In this document: one piece after another, positions 39,724-48,979 of the stretch
Position numbering within the stretch: position 1 is the first letter of the stretch
Layout: each line of letters starts with the position of its first letter
IMG/VR virus record: IMGVR_UViG_3300028176_000004
Coordinates: 411-64,410 of that record
DNA length: 64,000 nucleotides
From: a virus
Lineage: Duplodnaviria > Caudoviricetes
Reading direction: 5' to 3' (one strand)
Made by a program: the position numbers and the translations under genes
The notes under the pieces: generated by a model
Seen by the model: the letters and a program-made list of their open reading frames with translations, nothing else
What the model was told of the DNA's origin: nothing
Database searches by the model: none

Positions 39724-41154
39724 TTACTTGCTGTCGTAGGTCATTACCGGAATCGGCAACGCTTCTTCAGCCATAGCATTCCCAACCGCAACGTCAGGGT
39801 CAAACTGACCGTCAAAACGTGGCTGTGGTGCGGCTGTGGTAACAGGCTTACACAACGTGTTGATTTTTATCAAATCATCAGTCGTTTTGGTCTGTAACTC
39901 TTCAGCTGTAAACAGCTTCGAATTGGTGGTAATAGACGCAATCAGCTGCTGACGCTGCCTACGGTAAGTCTGAAGACCTGAATTCAAGACAGCCTTCATT
40001 TCGGCTGGTGCCTGTGCGATGTAATCATCCACAGTTGCGATAACCGGTGCGGCTGTATTCTCTACAACAGTTTCAGGCTTCGCTATTACTGTGGCCGGAA
40101 TCGCTGAAACCTCAGTGGCCGGAACGGGTGCTGCTGTATTCTCTACAGGAGTCATCTTGGCCAACACAGCTTCATCCATAGCCATCAACGCCGCTTCATC
40201 TTTCTCTTCCCACTGCGTGGACTTGTTTGCTATCAAGTTAGCAACTATCTTCTTTTTATCCATTTCAATTGTCCTTTCATTTATAGACACATAATCAATT
40301 TTGCGCACCACCTCAAGTGGTATGCCGTTTATTTCAACAACGTCTTTTGTTTTGGTATAGCTCTGTTTGAATAGTCGGTTCTTTTTCTCAAAGATAAAAT
40401 AATCATCGTAAACTTCAACCACCCACACGTATTCATCTTTGCCCTTAACACCATCCATTAATGCTTTTGATATGGCATCACGTACATCACTGAACCCCAT
40501 TTCATTGATTATCAAATTCTCTATTCGCTGAAGGGCAGCAGGAGGCAAACCACCCTTCAGCTGAGGAATAGAGGACACATCAAATGATATTTGTGTTCCT
40601 GCAGTGTTCAGTCGAAGAAAACCAGCCCCATCTTTAATAGAGCAAGCCCCAATCTGGTCTGGTAGAATTGCCAAATGGTCGGGCCGATAATTACGGGCAA
40701 TGCCTACGTATTTCACGCCGTTCCATTCACCTTCTGTGGCCTCATTATCAGTGAATAAACCGGTAGACAATTCCAACATTTCTTTATTTTCCACCGCTGT
40801 CAAAATTCTTTTATCAACCGCCTCACACCGTTCTTTTTCCAACCAACATTCTGCCTTCAATTTGCTATCTTCGAAGACAGTATTCATAATCACGCCGATT
40901 TTACTGCTGGTGAGAATTTCTGGAGTGCATGCGCTGCCGGCATCTGGATGATAAACGATGGATGGTTTATAGTTCCATACTTGTGGTATTTTCGCCATTT
41001 CTTCGGCTGGGTATAATAACGGCCCGCAAGAACCATTCAACACGCCTTCCACCATCATAACAACAGGAACGACAATGTATTCACGGCCTTCCATAGAATC
41101 GTTACGTACTAAAGACTTGCTGCTGTTCTTGGTTATAAAACTTTCAAACGCCAT
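39724..41154 (-). CDS. Prohead protease/scaffold (DUF2213-like)
   Basis: GVLNG...LYPAEE, ELSTG, PDHLAIL...GACS. Confidence 0.85.
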   Translation of the reverse strand: MAFESFITKNSSKSLVRNDSMEGREYIVVPVVMMVEGVLNGSCGPLLYPAEEMAKIPQVWNYKPSIVYHPDAGSACTPEILTSSKIGVIMNTVFEDSKLKAECWLEKERCEAVDKRILTAVENKEMLELSTGLFTDNEATEGEWNGVKYVGIARNYRPDHLAILPDQIGACSIKDGAGFLRLNTAGTQISFDVSSIPQLKGGLPPAALQRIENLIINEMGFSDVRDAISKALMDGVKGKDEYVWVVEVYDDYFIFEKKNRLFKQSYTKTKDVVEINGIPLEVVRKIDYVSINERTIEMDKKKIVANLIANKSTQWEEKDEAALMAMDEAVLAKMTPVENTAAPVPATEVSAIPATVIAKPETVVENTAAPVIATVDDYIAQAPAEMKAVLNSGLQTYRRQRQQLIASITTNSKLFTAEELQTKTTDDLIKINTLCKPVTTAAPQPRFDGQFDPDVAVGNAMAEEALPIPVMTYDSK

Positions 41155-41170
41155 TTTACTATTCCTTTAA

Positions 41171-41214
41171 TAAATAAAAAAGTCCAGTATGATTAGACGT
41201 CATAACTGGACTTT
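41171..41214 (-). terminator. Intrinsic terminator-like hairpin in the leader of the head operon
   Basis: Stem AAAGTCCAGT...ACTGGACTTT followed on the minus strand by TTTTTATTTA. Confidence 0.6.
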
Positions 41215-41242
41215 ATATCAAAGCACCATTCATTTAGCTTTG

Positions 41243-41252
41243 ATTATACTAT
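41243..41252 (-). promoter_or_regulatory. Putative -10 element ATAGTATAAT upstream of the head operon
   Basis: The same ATAGTATAAT occurs upstream of the terminase small subunit (about 56770) and at 50636. Confidence 0.5.
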
Positions 41253-41290
41253 ATTTTTTGAAAAGTAAATAGAAAATTTTCAGAATTTTT

Positions 41291-41452
41291 TTATTTTTGG
41301 TTGAAGTTGGGTGGTTTTATAACTTTCTCAACTCGAATATCAACCACCTTACCGTTTTGGAACGTGACTAATACTTTGCCAAAAAACTCGGGCTCAGCAC
41401 AATTCAATAGCTCCTCTAATACCCATTGCATGTGTTGTTTGTTTTTAGACAT
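41291..41452 (-). CDS. Small DUF2292/YezD-like protein (53 aa)
   Basis: FFGKVLVTFQNGKVVDIRVEKVIK pattern. Confidence 0.55.
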   Translation of the reverse strand: MSKNKQHMQWVLEELLNCAEPEFFGKVLVTFQNGKVVDIRVEKVIKPPNFNQK

Positions 41453-41459
41453 AAGAATC

Positions 41460-41987
41460 CTACCGGCTGATTTTGACTTTCATATCTTTACGGCCCCAGT
41501 TCAATGCATCCTGGTGAGAATCGAAGTATACATCAAAATGGTTGTCGGTAAACTTACTGCCCCCACGGTCTAACACCGGAACGAATCCGGCTGAATACCC
41601 TTCAATATAAACCATTGTGCCGAATGGATATGTGTTTGTGGTTGCTACGAACTTATCACCCTTCAATATAAAATGACCGCTGGCTGTATAACCATCTGCC
41701 CATCGCCCACAGCATTTCTCGCACGCACAATACGCCGTGACAATGGCGTCTATTTCATACACCCCTTTAACGCCCGTAATTTGCTGCCCTATGGCGTCTA
41801 TTTCGGTCATGGGTCTTTCTACCACGGGCGTGAGTTCGGATGACTCTGCGTTGTTTCTGGCTGTACGGTTCGCATCCGTCTGAAACTTGGACTGAAACGC
41901 TAATATCATCATCGATATCATCATCGATATCATCACCACCACCATAAGTAATATTAAAATCTCTACAATTTTCATTTTAGTTCCCAT
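41460..41987 (-). CDS. 3D-domain (MltA-like) cell-wall hydrolase with an N-terminal membrane anchor
   Basis: VTAYC...TASG...PFGTMVYI...VLDRGG...HFDVYF; N-terminal hydrophobic helix. Confidence 0.8.
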   Translation of the reverse strand: MGTKMKIVEILILLMVVVMISMMISMMILAFQSKFQTDANRTARNNAESSELTPVVERPMTEIDAIGQQITGVKGVYEIDAIVTAYCACEKCCGRWADGYTASGHFILKGDKFVATTNTYPFGTMVYIEGYSAGFVPVLDRGGSKFTDNHFDVYFDSHQDALNWGRKDMKVKISR

Positions 41988-42002
41988 ATCAAATCCTTTT
42001 CT

Positions 42003-42266
42003 TCATTTAAGTAACTTATCAACAAGGTCAACCCCACGCTGACCAAATTTTCGTTGCAATGCATTTCTCACCACTTCCTTTTCACCTGCCTGAATTACGT
42101 CTCTGTTAAACTTCAAAATATCAAACCCAAACACATCATTAATATATGTATTGAGAGGAACCTGAAAAACAACCAAAAACGAATCCACATATGTGGTAAT
42201 TAATTTTTGGTTTCGGGCTTTGGTTCGCTCTAAATATGCCCAATCATCTTCGCTAAATCTTGCCAT
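42003..42266 (-). CDS. Hypothetical protein
   Basis: MARFSEDDW... ORF after the promoter motif at 42352. Confidence 0.55.
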   Translation of the reverse strand: MARFSEDDWAYLERTKARNQKLITTYVDSFLVVFQVPLNTYINDVFGFDILKFNRDVIQAGEKEVVRNALQRKFGQRGVDLVDKLLK

Positions 42267-42351
42267 GATATTCCTTATAAAAATAATGTGGTTGCGGGCA
42301 TTTGAAAGGTTTGTTGTAGTTAGGTTATAGGAACCGCCCGCAACCACGTGC

Positions 42352-42365
42352 AATATATTATCGTA
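42352..42365 (-). promoter_or_regulatory. Promoter motif TACGATAATATATT
   Basis: Identical to 11841-11854. Confidence 0.55.
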
Positions 42366-42375
42366 AATAGGATGA

Positions 42376-43362
42376 TTATGCGGCTTGAATTAGTTCAAAC
42401 GCATTCTGCTTCATCCGGCTTCCGTTACCGCCTGTCAGAATCGCACTCTCCATTTTAATCTCGTTTTGGTCGTTACCTTTTTGAACTATAACTGTCTTGT
42501 GATGGTCTACAAATTCCGTTATGGCGTTGAACGCCGCCCACTGGGTGCCCTGAATATTCTCGTGGCCCTTGCCGCCGTGGAATAAATCCAGGATGAGCTT
42601 TTTATCATTCGCCGCCTTCGTGCTGTCTTTTTCCTTCTTGGGGAATAGCTCATCCACAACCGCTGAGAATCTGAGCGTGGTAAGTGGCGTGTTTAGCATC
42701 TGGTTGAAGGTGGCTTCCATACGGGCATAATAAAGTTCGGTGAGCTGAAGGACTTTGCGTGCTTCGGTGATTTTATCTCTGTAACTTTCGGTGTGGCGTA
42801 CAGCTATGGAACTGGTGCTTTTCTTACCCAGGGCAACTGAGAGAGTATTCGCACAAACCACCCGAACTGGCGTCCATTGAACCTTCAAAGCCAGCGAACC
42901 GTCATGGCTCGTAGATAGCAACAAGTATTTCTCCACCTTATCCGGCCCGATATACATGGCCTCTGGGAGTTTTACAGTCAAGAACAATCTACTGCCCCCA
43001 CGTAGACTTCCGGCTGTCTCGTACACAGCCTGGCCTTCGCCGATGAGTGAATCCATAAAGTCAAAACAATCCCTATTTTGGATGATTTCGTAATTGTTAC
43101 CAACCACGCCCAATACCCTGTTATCATCCTCACGGACAACTGCGTGCTTGTCGGGGACTGTAACCCATCCGGCTGAAGATTGAACGTACATATCTTGGAG
43201 TGATGCGGTGGTATCTAATCCGGCCAGGTGTATAGCTTCTGCCGCCGTGAGTGCTTCCTGAACTATCGTGCCTAATCCGTGCCAAGCTGGCTGAGTTGAT
43301 ACAAATCTTTCCATTCCATTAACTACTTCGATTTCATGTGCCATTTTTCTATTCCTTTTCAA
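42376..43362 (-). CDS. DUF932 (phage/plasmid-like TIGR03299) protein
   Basis: PAWHGLG, YETAGSL.GG, STSHDGS, PVRVVCANTL, GTQWAAFNAITEFVDH. Confidence 0.85.
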   Translation of the reverse strand: MKRNRKMAHEIEVVNGMERFVSTQPAWHGLGTIVQEALTAAEAIHLAGLDTTASLQDMYVQSSAGWVTVPDKHAVVREDDNRVLGVVGNNYEIIQNRDCFDFMDSLIGEGQAVYETAGSLRGGSRLFLTVKLPEAMYIGPDKVEKYLLLSTSHDGSLALKVQWTPVRVVCANTLSVALGKKSTSSIAVRHTESYRDKITEARKVLQLTELYYARMEATFNQMLNTPLTTLRFSAVVDELFPKKEKDSTKAANDKKLILDLFHGGKGHENIQGTQWAAFNAITEFVDHHKTVIVQKGNDQNEIKMESAILTGGNGSRMKQNAFELIQAA

Positions 43363-43377
43363 AAAAATATAGTTTAT

Positions 43378-43396
43378 GGCCGGAACTTATCCGGCC
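43378..43396. repeat. Conserved hairpin GGCCGGA-ACTTA-TCCGGCC (copy 2)
   Basis: Intergenic inverted repeat. Confidence 0.85.
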
Positions 43397-43417
43397 CGTT
43401 TTTAATTCGATTATTAA

Positions 43418-43741
43418 TCAACCCTTACTTAAATCATAATTAAAATGATTTATAAGTGCCTGTATATAACCCGTAATGAATTGGTGTTGTAGAGTGTTTA
43501 CATGAAACGGTTCGGTGCCTGGATAAAAAATAACATACTCATCCAATTCATTATTGTACCTAATAGCAATACACATAAATCCAAGCCAATAAGAACCATC
43601 ATCAAATTTAATCTCAAAATCTGAAGATTTAAGACATAAAAAATTAGCAATATATCTCAATTTAGCTTGTTGTACGTCTAATAATCTGTCTATTGCTTTA
43701 ATGTTTTCAAGTGTGCTTTTTCGTAATGTTATTTTACTCAT
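43418..43741 (-). CDS. Hypothetical early protein
   Basis: 107-aa ORF with SD AAGGGA. Confidence 0.6.
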   Translation of the reverse strand: MSKITLRKSTLENIKAIDRLLDVQQAKLRYIANFLCLKSSDFEIKFDDGSYWLGFMCIAIRYNNELDEYVIFYPGTEPFHVNTLQHQFITGYIQALINHFNYDLSKG

Positions 43742-43753
43742 GATTATTTCCCT

Positions 43754-43966
43754 TTATACGTTGTAATTTTTAACTTGAATTTTCTCAACCCGAATAGCTT
43801 CCAAACCACGAATACGCGCAAGAGTTTTACGACATCCGTTGGCTTCTAATTCTGTGGGATATATTGCCTGAAGCCATTTTTGGCCTTCCACTACATCGTA
43901 TACAGCCCATCTGGTAACCATCTTGAATTTTCCGGCCTTCTTATTTTCTTCAAATCTTTTATTCAT
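43754..43966 (-). CDS. Hypothetical early protein
   Basis: First ORF after promoter cassette 2. Confidence 0.65.
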   Translation of the reverse strand: MNKRFEENKKAGKFKMVTRWAVYDVVEGQKWLQAIYPTELEANGCRKTLARIRGLEAIRVEKIQVKNYNV

Positions 43967-43970
43967 CTTA

Positions 43971-44126
43971 CTAACCTTTCAAACATCGTTTTAATATCGT
44001 ATCATTTAACTACTAAATATGATTATAATCTTTTAAGGTTATACGTCAAAGAGAAAAAACTATGGATTTTAGATATTTTTTGATATTTCTCTAAAATCCA
44101 CGTTTTTAGTGTCGGCCTATGGGAAA
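43971..44126 (-). promoter_or_regulatory. Repeated promoter cassette (copy 2)
   Basis: TTGACG-16 bp-TATAAT, AAAACGTGGATTT box, GAAAGGTTAG SD. Confidence 0.8.
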
Positions 44127-44131
44127 ATATT

Positions 44132-45274
44132 TTACATAATATTCAAGTTTATGCTTTCCCAGGGGAATTTTCCACGGCCAAAATGCCCGTTTGTAGCTGT
44201 TCTTTGGTAAATCGGTTCCTTTAGGTTTAATTGCTGGATGATGGAATCTGGCGTCATGTTTACGTTCTTCATTATAGCAGTCCGCAACGCAGCATCATCC
44301 ATCACGCCGGTTCCGAATGTATTCACCCGCACATCCACCGGTTCGGCCACCCCAATCGCATAACTAATACTCACACGGCATTCCTCTGCCAACTGGAGCC
44401 ATACCACGTTCCTTGCGATAGCACGGGCCATATACGCACCGCTGCGGTCTACTTTGGATGGGTCTTTTCCACTGAAGGCACCACCACCATGAACACACCG
44501 GCCACCATAGGTATCTACGATTATTTTGCGACCAGTCAATCCAGTGTCCGCCGCAGGGCCACCCAGGATGAATTGGCCGGTGGGGTTGATGTGGTATTTG
44601 GTGGTGGGTGTGGTTTGGAATTGGTCGTTGTCACCCAGAATCACCGGAATCAACGTGGTAATAATATCACGTTGAATCGTACCCAAGTCCACCTTCAACG
44701 AATGCTGAGTGGATACCACGATGCTCTGTATTTCATGAATACCATCTGGTGTGGTATGAATTGTAACTTGACTCTTTCCATCCGGCTGTAAATAGCTACA
44801 AATACCATCCACACGCCACTTCCATAGCTTCTTGGTGATTTCGTGAGCTAAGTACAATGACGCCGGAATCATTGCCTTGGTATCATCGCACGCATACCCA
44901 TACACGGTTCCCTGGTCTCCAGCACCAGACGGGAATAATGATTTTTTAACACCCATAGCAATATCTGGACTTTGGTGACGGATGTGGACCCGAACATCAC
45001 AGCCTTTGATATTGAATCCGTTCTTTTCATTATACCCCACACCATGGATAACATTCATGGCTATATTCTTCACGAATTCGTCAGACATATCCGCATTACT
45101 CGTTACCTCACCCGCCACCACAAGTAATTTATCCGTGATTAGCGTTTCCACCGCCACATAGCTTTCCTTATCAAACATCAAACACCGGTCAAGTATAGCA
45201 TCTGATATTTGGTCAGCTAATTTGTCTGGGTGTCCTATTGTTACACTTTCACTGGTTTCCCAACGTTCTTTCAT
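44132..45274 (-). CDS. metK: S-adenosylmethionine synthetase
   Basis: TSESVTIGHPDKLADQISDAILD, GAGDQG, DGKSQV, GLTGRKIIVDTYGG, GGGAFSGKDPSKVDRS. Confidence 0.97.
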   Translation of the reverse strand: MKERWETSESVTIGHPDKLADQISDAILDRCLMFDKESYVAVETLITDKLLVVAGEVTSNADMSDEFVKNIAMNVIHGVGYNEKNGFNIKGCDVRVHIRHQSPDIAMGVKKSLFPSGAGDQGTVYGYACDDTKAMIPASLYLAHEITKKLWKWRVDGICSYLQPDGKSQVTIHTTPDGIHEIQSIVVSTQHSLKVDLGTIQRDIITTLIPVILGDNDQFQTTPTTKYHINPTGQFILGGPAADTGLTGRKIIVDTYGGRCVHGGGAFSGKDPSKVDRSGAYMARAIARNVVWLQLAEECRVSISYAIGVAEPVDVRVNTFGTGVMDDAALRTAIMKNVNMTPDSIIQQLNLKEPIYQRTATNGHFGRGKFPWESINLNIM

Positions 45275-45389
45275 TTTTCACTTTCCTTTCAATTTACATA
45301 ATTTATTCGATTAATTTCAATTCGCATCTCAGGCATAAACACACCTTCCTGCTTGTTTGTTAAAATACCCTTATCGATACACCGTTCAT

Positions 45390-45403
45390 ATATTATTATC
45401 GTA
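45390..45403 (-). promoter_or_regulatory. ACGATA-type promoter motif upstream of metK
   Basis: TACGATAATAATAT. Confidence 0.55.
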
Positions 45404-45416
45404 CATACACCCCATT

Positions 45417-45656
45417 CTACGGCTTCAGCTGGGTGCCCTCATTGTATACCAGTTGGGTTGTCCTGGTGTTTGGGTTGTCACCTCGTTTTTGTAACTCCTT
45501 TTCAATCGCTTCTTTTTGTTTTCTCAAATCTTCAGAACTCTGTTGTGTTAGGTCTTTCTCATTTTCCATTTTCATTCCCCTTTCAGGCACAACCGTGAAT
45601 GGTCGGCCAATTTTCATTACCATCGTCAAAAGCATCTTTGAATGGATGCTTTCCAT
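45417..45656 (-). CDS. Hypothetical small coiled-coil protein
   Basis: ORF track; true start probably internal (MENEKDL). Confidence 0.45.
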   Translation of the reverse strand: MESIHSKMLLTMVMKIGRPFTVVPERGMKMENEKDLTQQSSEDLRKQKEAIEKELQKRGDNPNTRTTQLVYNEGTQLKP

Positions 45657-46311
45657 TTTCCATAAATTTAATCAACTCCATAGTCAAGTTTGTAACTGTA
45701 TCCGCCGCCGCTTGAATGGAATCGGACAACTCAAAATGGTCTTGAAAGGTTGATATCAGTGTAGTCATATTTTCTAAATCCTCTGTTAAAATAGCAAAAT
45801 TCGCATCCAGAGCATCTATCACATCCAACAACTCCTGGCTTTTTATGGGATTAATCGGATAAACCAAATCCACTAAAATCTCAGCCTGTTCCCTCACTTC
45901 CTTCCACGATATTGGTGGCGGGTCGTTGTGGGTAGACTTCTCAACCAGAATAATCCGGCTGTATGTGGCTATGGACTTTTTAATATAACACCCGTTCACC
46001 AAGGAATACATCCCAGGGCCTTGGAATCGGATGGGTCTGGCGTTTATATCTTTGATATCCTTCTCACTCATATACCCATCACGCTGGTGCTCTAATTCCC
46101 CAAGAGACAAAACCTCACCCACGGTTTGCATATTTTTAGCTGGGAGTGTCTCCAGCCAGCCACTAAACTGCCCCCAAAGTTCCGGCCTTCGGTCGATATT
46201 GGTTTGAAGTTCCTCTTTGGTTAATCCGTCTTTGACTATTTCCATGAAGGTTCGATTTATATCACCGTTCTGTTTTGCCACTTCGGCTTGTAATTGGTAT
46301 TGTGATTTCAT
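45583..46311 (-). CDS. Hypothetical protein
   Basis: 242-aa ORF, no recognised motif. Confidence 0.65.
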   Translation of the reverse strand: MKSQYQLQAEVAKQNGDINRTFMEIVKDGLTKEELQTNIDRRPELWGQFSGWLETLPAKNMQTVGEVLSLGELEHQRDGYMSEKDIKDINARPIRFQGPGMYSLVNGCYIKKSIATYSRIILVEKSTHNDPPPISWKEVREQAEILVDLVYPINPIKSQELLDVIDALDANFAILTEDLENMTTLISTFQDHFELSDSIQAAADTVTNLTMELIKFMENGKHPFKDAFDDGNENWPTIHGCA

Positions 46312-46322
46312 ACGTCTTTCCC

Positions 46323-46592
46323 CTAATTTCTATTCAATATCTCAATAACTCTATTCACGCACGCTTCCTTACCTTCGGGTGGTGGTGTGAAACCTTTGTG
46401 TTCTACCATAGTATCATAGCACCCACCCACGATATTCCTGTAACCATAACGACATCCAGATAATTCTTTTACCATCCAAAGAACGATTGTTTTGAACTCT
46501 GGACTTTCTACTGGGGTTGTTATCGACACCCGCTGGAGTTCTTGGTTGTCTTCGGCTGCGGTGTTGCCGGTTCGATGTATTCTATTTTCCAT
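46323..46592 (-). CDS. Hypothetical protein
   Basis: MENRIHRT... with SD GAAAGG. Confidence 0.6.
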   Translation of the reverse strand: MENRIHRTGNTAAEDNQELQRVSITTPVESPEFKTIVLWMVKELSGCRYGYRNIVGGCYDTMVEHKGFTPPPEGKEACVNRVIEILNRN

Positions 46593-46606
46593 AATCCGTC
46601 TACCTT

Positions 46607-46786
46607 TCAATAGGTTAAACATCCATATTTACGATTTTCAAAATGCCCCTGGCTGGCGTTAATGTTATACCACTCATCATAATCCTCAAGCTCACCCACC
46701 TCACGCCAGCCGTGTAAATTATCGTGAATCCAGAACTCTGTCACGTTCTGATTTACCCAGTAGACTTTTTTGCTAAAAGTTTTCAT
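46607..46786 (-). CDS. Hypothetical protein (59 aa)
   Basis: MKTFSKKVYWVNQNVTEFWIHDNLHGWREVGELEDYDEWY...; SD AGGGG. Confidence 0.55.
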   Translation of the reverse strand: MKTFSKKVYWVNQNVTEFWIHDNLHGWREVGELEDYDEWYNINASQGHFENRKYGCLTY

Positions 46787-46807
46787 GATTTCCCCTGTGT
46801 TAAAGTT

Positions 46808-46830
46808 AGGGCCGGAATTTATCCGGCCCT
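46808..46830. repeat. Conserved hairpin AGGGCCGGA-ATTTA-TCCGGCCCT (copy 3)
   Basis: Intergenic inverted repeat. Confidence 0.85.
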
Positions 46831-46842
46831 GTTGTGTATTGT

Positions 46843-47334
46843 TTAGAATCCGCTGTGTCCGGCCACGTATTCAGGATATAGCACCAGCATAATCCGATAA
46901 CCCAGCTCAGTGAAGTTCAACATGTCCTGGCCGTCATTTTCCCACACCTCGATTAATCCCTTTTTGACTAATGAGCTGGCTACACCCGCTGTGGAAGTTC
47001 TGGTGCCGGTGATACGTTCCATCTCATCGTATACAGCAAACGCCCAATTTCCGTGGCGGATGTCTTCCACTTCAGCCCAGAATGTGGTATCTTTGGTGAC
47101 GGCCTTTAATAATGTTGACTCTAATTCGGTTAAATAAACGCCTTGGACAGTCTGAGCTGCTTCCAACTTCTGGTCTTGTTTATAGGTTGTGATAACACCT
47201 TCGGTAAAAACTACGGTGTGGCCTGTCTTTTCGATATGGTTCTTGATTTGTTCTTCTTCGCCGCCGCTTGTTATTGGGGCCCACTCGCAATCCAAACATC
47301 TGTAATCCGCTCTTGTTGTTCTGGTTTTCTTCAT
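46843..47334 (-). CDS. Zn-finger + winged-helix-like early protein
   Basis: CLDC...HIEKTGH and AGVASSLVKKGLIEV. Confidence 0.55.
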   Translation of the reverse strand: MKKTRTTRADYRCLDCEWAPITSGGEEEQIKNHIEKTGHTVVFTEGVITTYKQDQKLEAAQTVQGVYLTELESTLLKAVTKDTTFWAEVEDIRHGNWAFAVYDEMERITGTRTSTAGVASSLVKKGLIEVWENDGQDMLNFTELGYRIMLVLYPEYVAGHSGF

Positions 47335-47338
47335 CTCA

Positions 47339-47495
47339 CTAACCTTTCAAAATCATTTTTCAATATCGTATCATTTAACTACAAACCTGATTATAACTTT
47401 ATAAGCTTATAAGTCAAAGAGAAAAAAACGAAGATTTCAGATATTTTTTAATTTTTCTCTGAAATCCACGTTTTAATAGCAACAAGCTGGAAAAT
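47339..47495 (-). promoter_or_regulatory. Repeated promoter cassette (copy 3)
   Basis: TTGACT-16 bp-TATAAT, AAAACGTGGATTT box, GAAAGGTTAG SD. Confidence 0.8.
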
Positions 47496-47616
47496 ATTTA
47501 TGCTTTATCTTGATATTTGTTCTTGTTTGGGTCGGAATCCGTGATGCTTTGTGCCGCCCACGCAGCTATTCCCAGCACAATAAGAATGATACCAGCCACA
47601 AAAATATATCTATTCA

Positions 47617-47877
47617 TCATGAATCCTCGTCAACTAAAGTATTCTCATAACACCCGATACAATACGCTGCCCTGAATCGTCGGTCGGCCTTCCTAACCTT
47701 ACTACCCACCGTGATATCTTCGCCAATTTGAATATATACACGGTCAGTTACCAGATGCCACTGCCCACACTTCATACAAATAAATTTCCCATTTTTTGCA
47801 GCATGTGGGGCGCAGCATTTCTCAGAACGTACTCCACTACCACACCAACATGCATCAACAGCTTTTATCTTCATCAT
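47617..47877 (-). CDS. SEC-C-motif Zn-binding protein
   Basis: CWCGSGVRSEKCC plus CMKC and CIGC. Confidence 0.7.
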   Translation of the reverse strand: MMKIKAVDACWCGSGVRSEKCCAPHAAKNGKFICMKCGQWHLVTDRVYIQIGEDITVGSKVRKADRRFRAAYCIGCYENTLVDEDS

Positions 47878-47884
47878 GATACCT

Positions 47885-48244
47885 TTATCCCTTCACAGGT
47901 TCAACTGGAGGGTGCTGATGGGCTGCCGCTTCTATCGCAAGCAACATCCCAACCAACAACGGCTTGTTGGCGTTCTTGCCCTTCATATTCGGGCCATCCG
48001 CCAAAATGATTTTATGGATGAGGGTGTATCTACTCAATTTACTCATTCGCTCATAATACGTAAATGCATTGGAGTAGAAATTCACCATTTGCTCAATAGT
48101 GGGTTGAGGCACGCCAGAATCCGTGTGGACTTCCTTCTTGGGTGGTGGTGCGGCTTTCTTCACCGCTGGCTTACGAACCCGTTTCTGGGGTGTTGGCGTG
48201 AGTGTGTTGGTGTGGTAGTGGAGTACGTCCTTTTTAGTTTCCAT
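47885..48244 (-). CDS. Hypothetical protein
   Basis: 119-aa ORF with SD AAGGAAG. Confidence 0.6.
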   Translation of the reverse strand: METKKDVLHYHTNTLTPTPQKRVRKPAVKKAAPPPKKEVHTDSGVPQPTIEQMVNFYSNAFTYYERMSKLSRYTLIHKIILADGPNMKGKNANKPLLVGMLLAIEAAAHQHPPVEPVKG

Positions 48245-48396
48245 TGTTTTGCTTCCTTCATATTAAAGTTGAAAAATTAAAAACCGGCTGAAAATTCATA
48301 ACGTTCCCAACCGGTTCCGTTATAAGAGTGCCGATGTTGATTGCGTTAGGCATCGGCAGGTTCATTAGATTATCGGTCATTGGTATGATTTACCAA

Positions 48397-48966
48397 TTAT
48401 CCTACAAAGTGTTGTGTGGGTCGTGGCCTTTGACTTGGGCCTGGTGGGGTGGTTGGTTCCTCATCGACAATAGAACCCTCACCATACCGTTCCAACAACG
48501 GTCGTAAATCTACAGGCTTGTAATTGGCCGGTTTAATCACCTTACCATTAGCGTCATGGTGTACGCTTCCATCTTCATCCACCTTACTCATATTATTCTC
48601 GTGAACTAAATTGAACGCTTCGGCCAGTATATCACCCATCCCGTATACAATGGCCGTTCCTACAACCACATACATCGTATCTACCAATCCATCCAATATC
48701 TCTACCATATCACCCACGGCTATGGCTTCAATGGTTTCTGATAGTTCTGAGGTCATTAATCTTACACGTAACAACGCCGTGGCGGAATCTACCAATTGGG
48801 GCGTATCACCAATCATACAACCGAATGCCCGATGAAAATCAATAAGCTTCTCAACCATATCGGTCAGACGTAATCTGGCTTTCAATTTTTCAATCGCCGC
48901 CATACGGGCCGCCTGAGCTTCTGGGGTCATCAGTGGAACCCAATTTTCTTTTTCTTCCTTCGTCAT
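48397..48966 (-). CDS. MazG-like (PRA-PH/YP_001813558-type) NTP pyrophosphohydrolase
   Basis: DFHRAFG...LRVRLMTSELSE...EILDGLVDTMYV...VHENNMSK...GKVIKP. Confidence 0.85.
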   Translation of the reverse strand: MTKEEKENWVPLMTPEAQAARMAAIEKLKARLRLTDMVEKLIDFHRAFGCMIGDTPQLVDSATALLRVRLMTSELSETIEAIAVGDMVEILDGLVDTMYVVVGTAIVYGMGDILAEAFNLVHENNMSKVDEDGSVHHDANGKVIKPANYKPVDLRPLLERYGEGSIVDEEPTTPPGPSQRPRPTQHFVG

Positions 48967-48979
48967 AATAACTTCCTTT

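Noticed and set aside
43356-43377. Plus-strand near-copy of the head-operon -10 region (TTTTCAAAAAAATATAGT)
   Set aside because: Very AT-rich, the -10 is degraded (TTTATG), and no plus-strand gene follows.
46761-46786. Apparent frameshift in a small early ORF
   Set aside because: On recount the A-run is 6 nt and the 59-aa ORF is intact.
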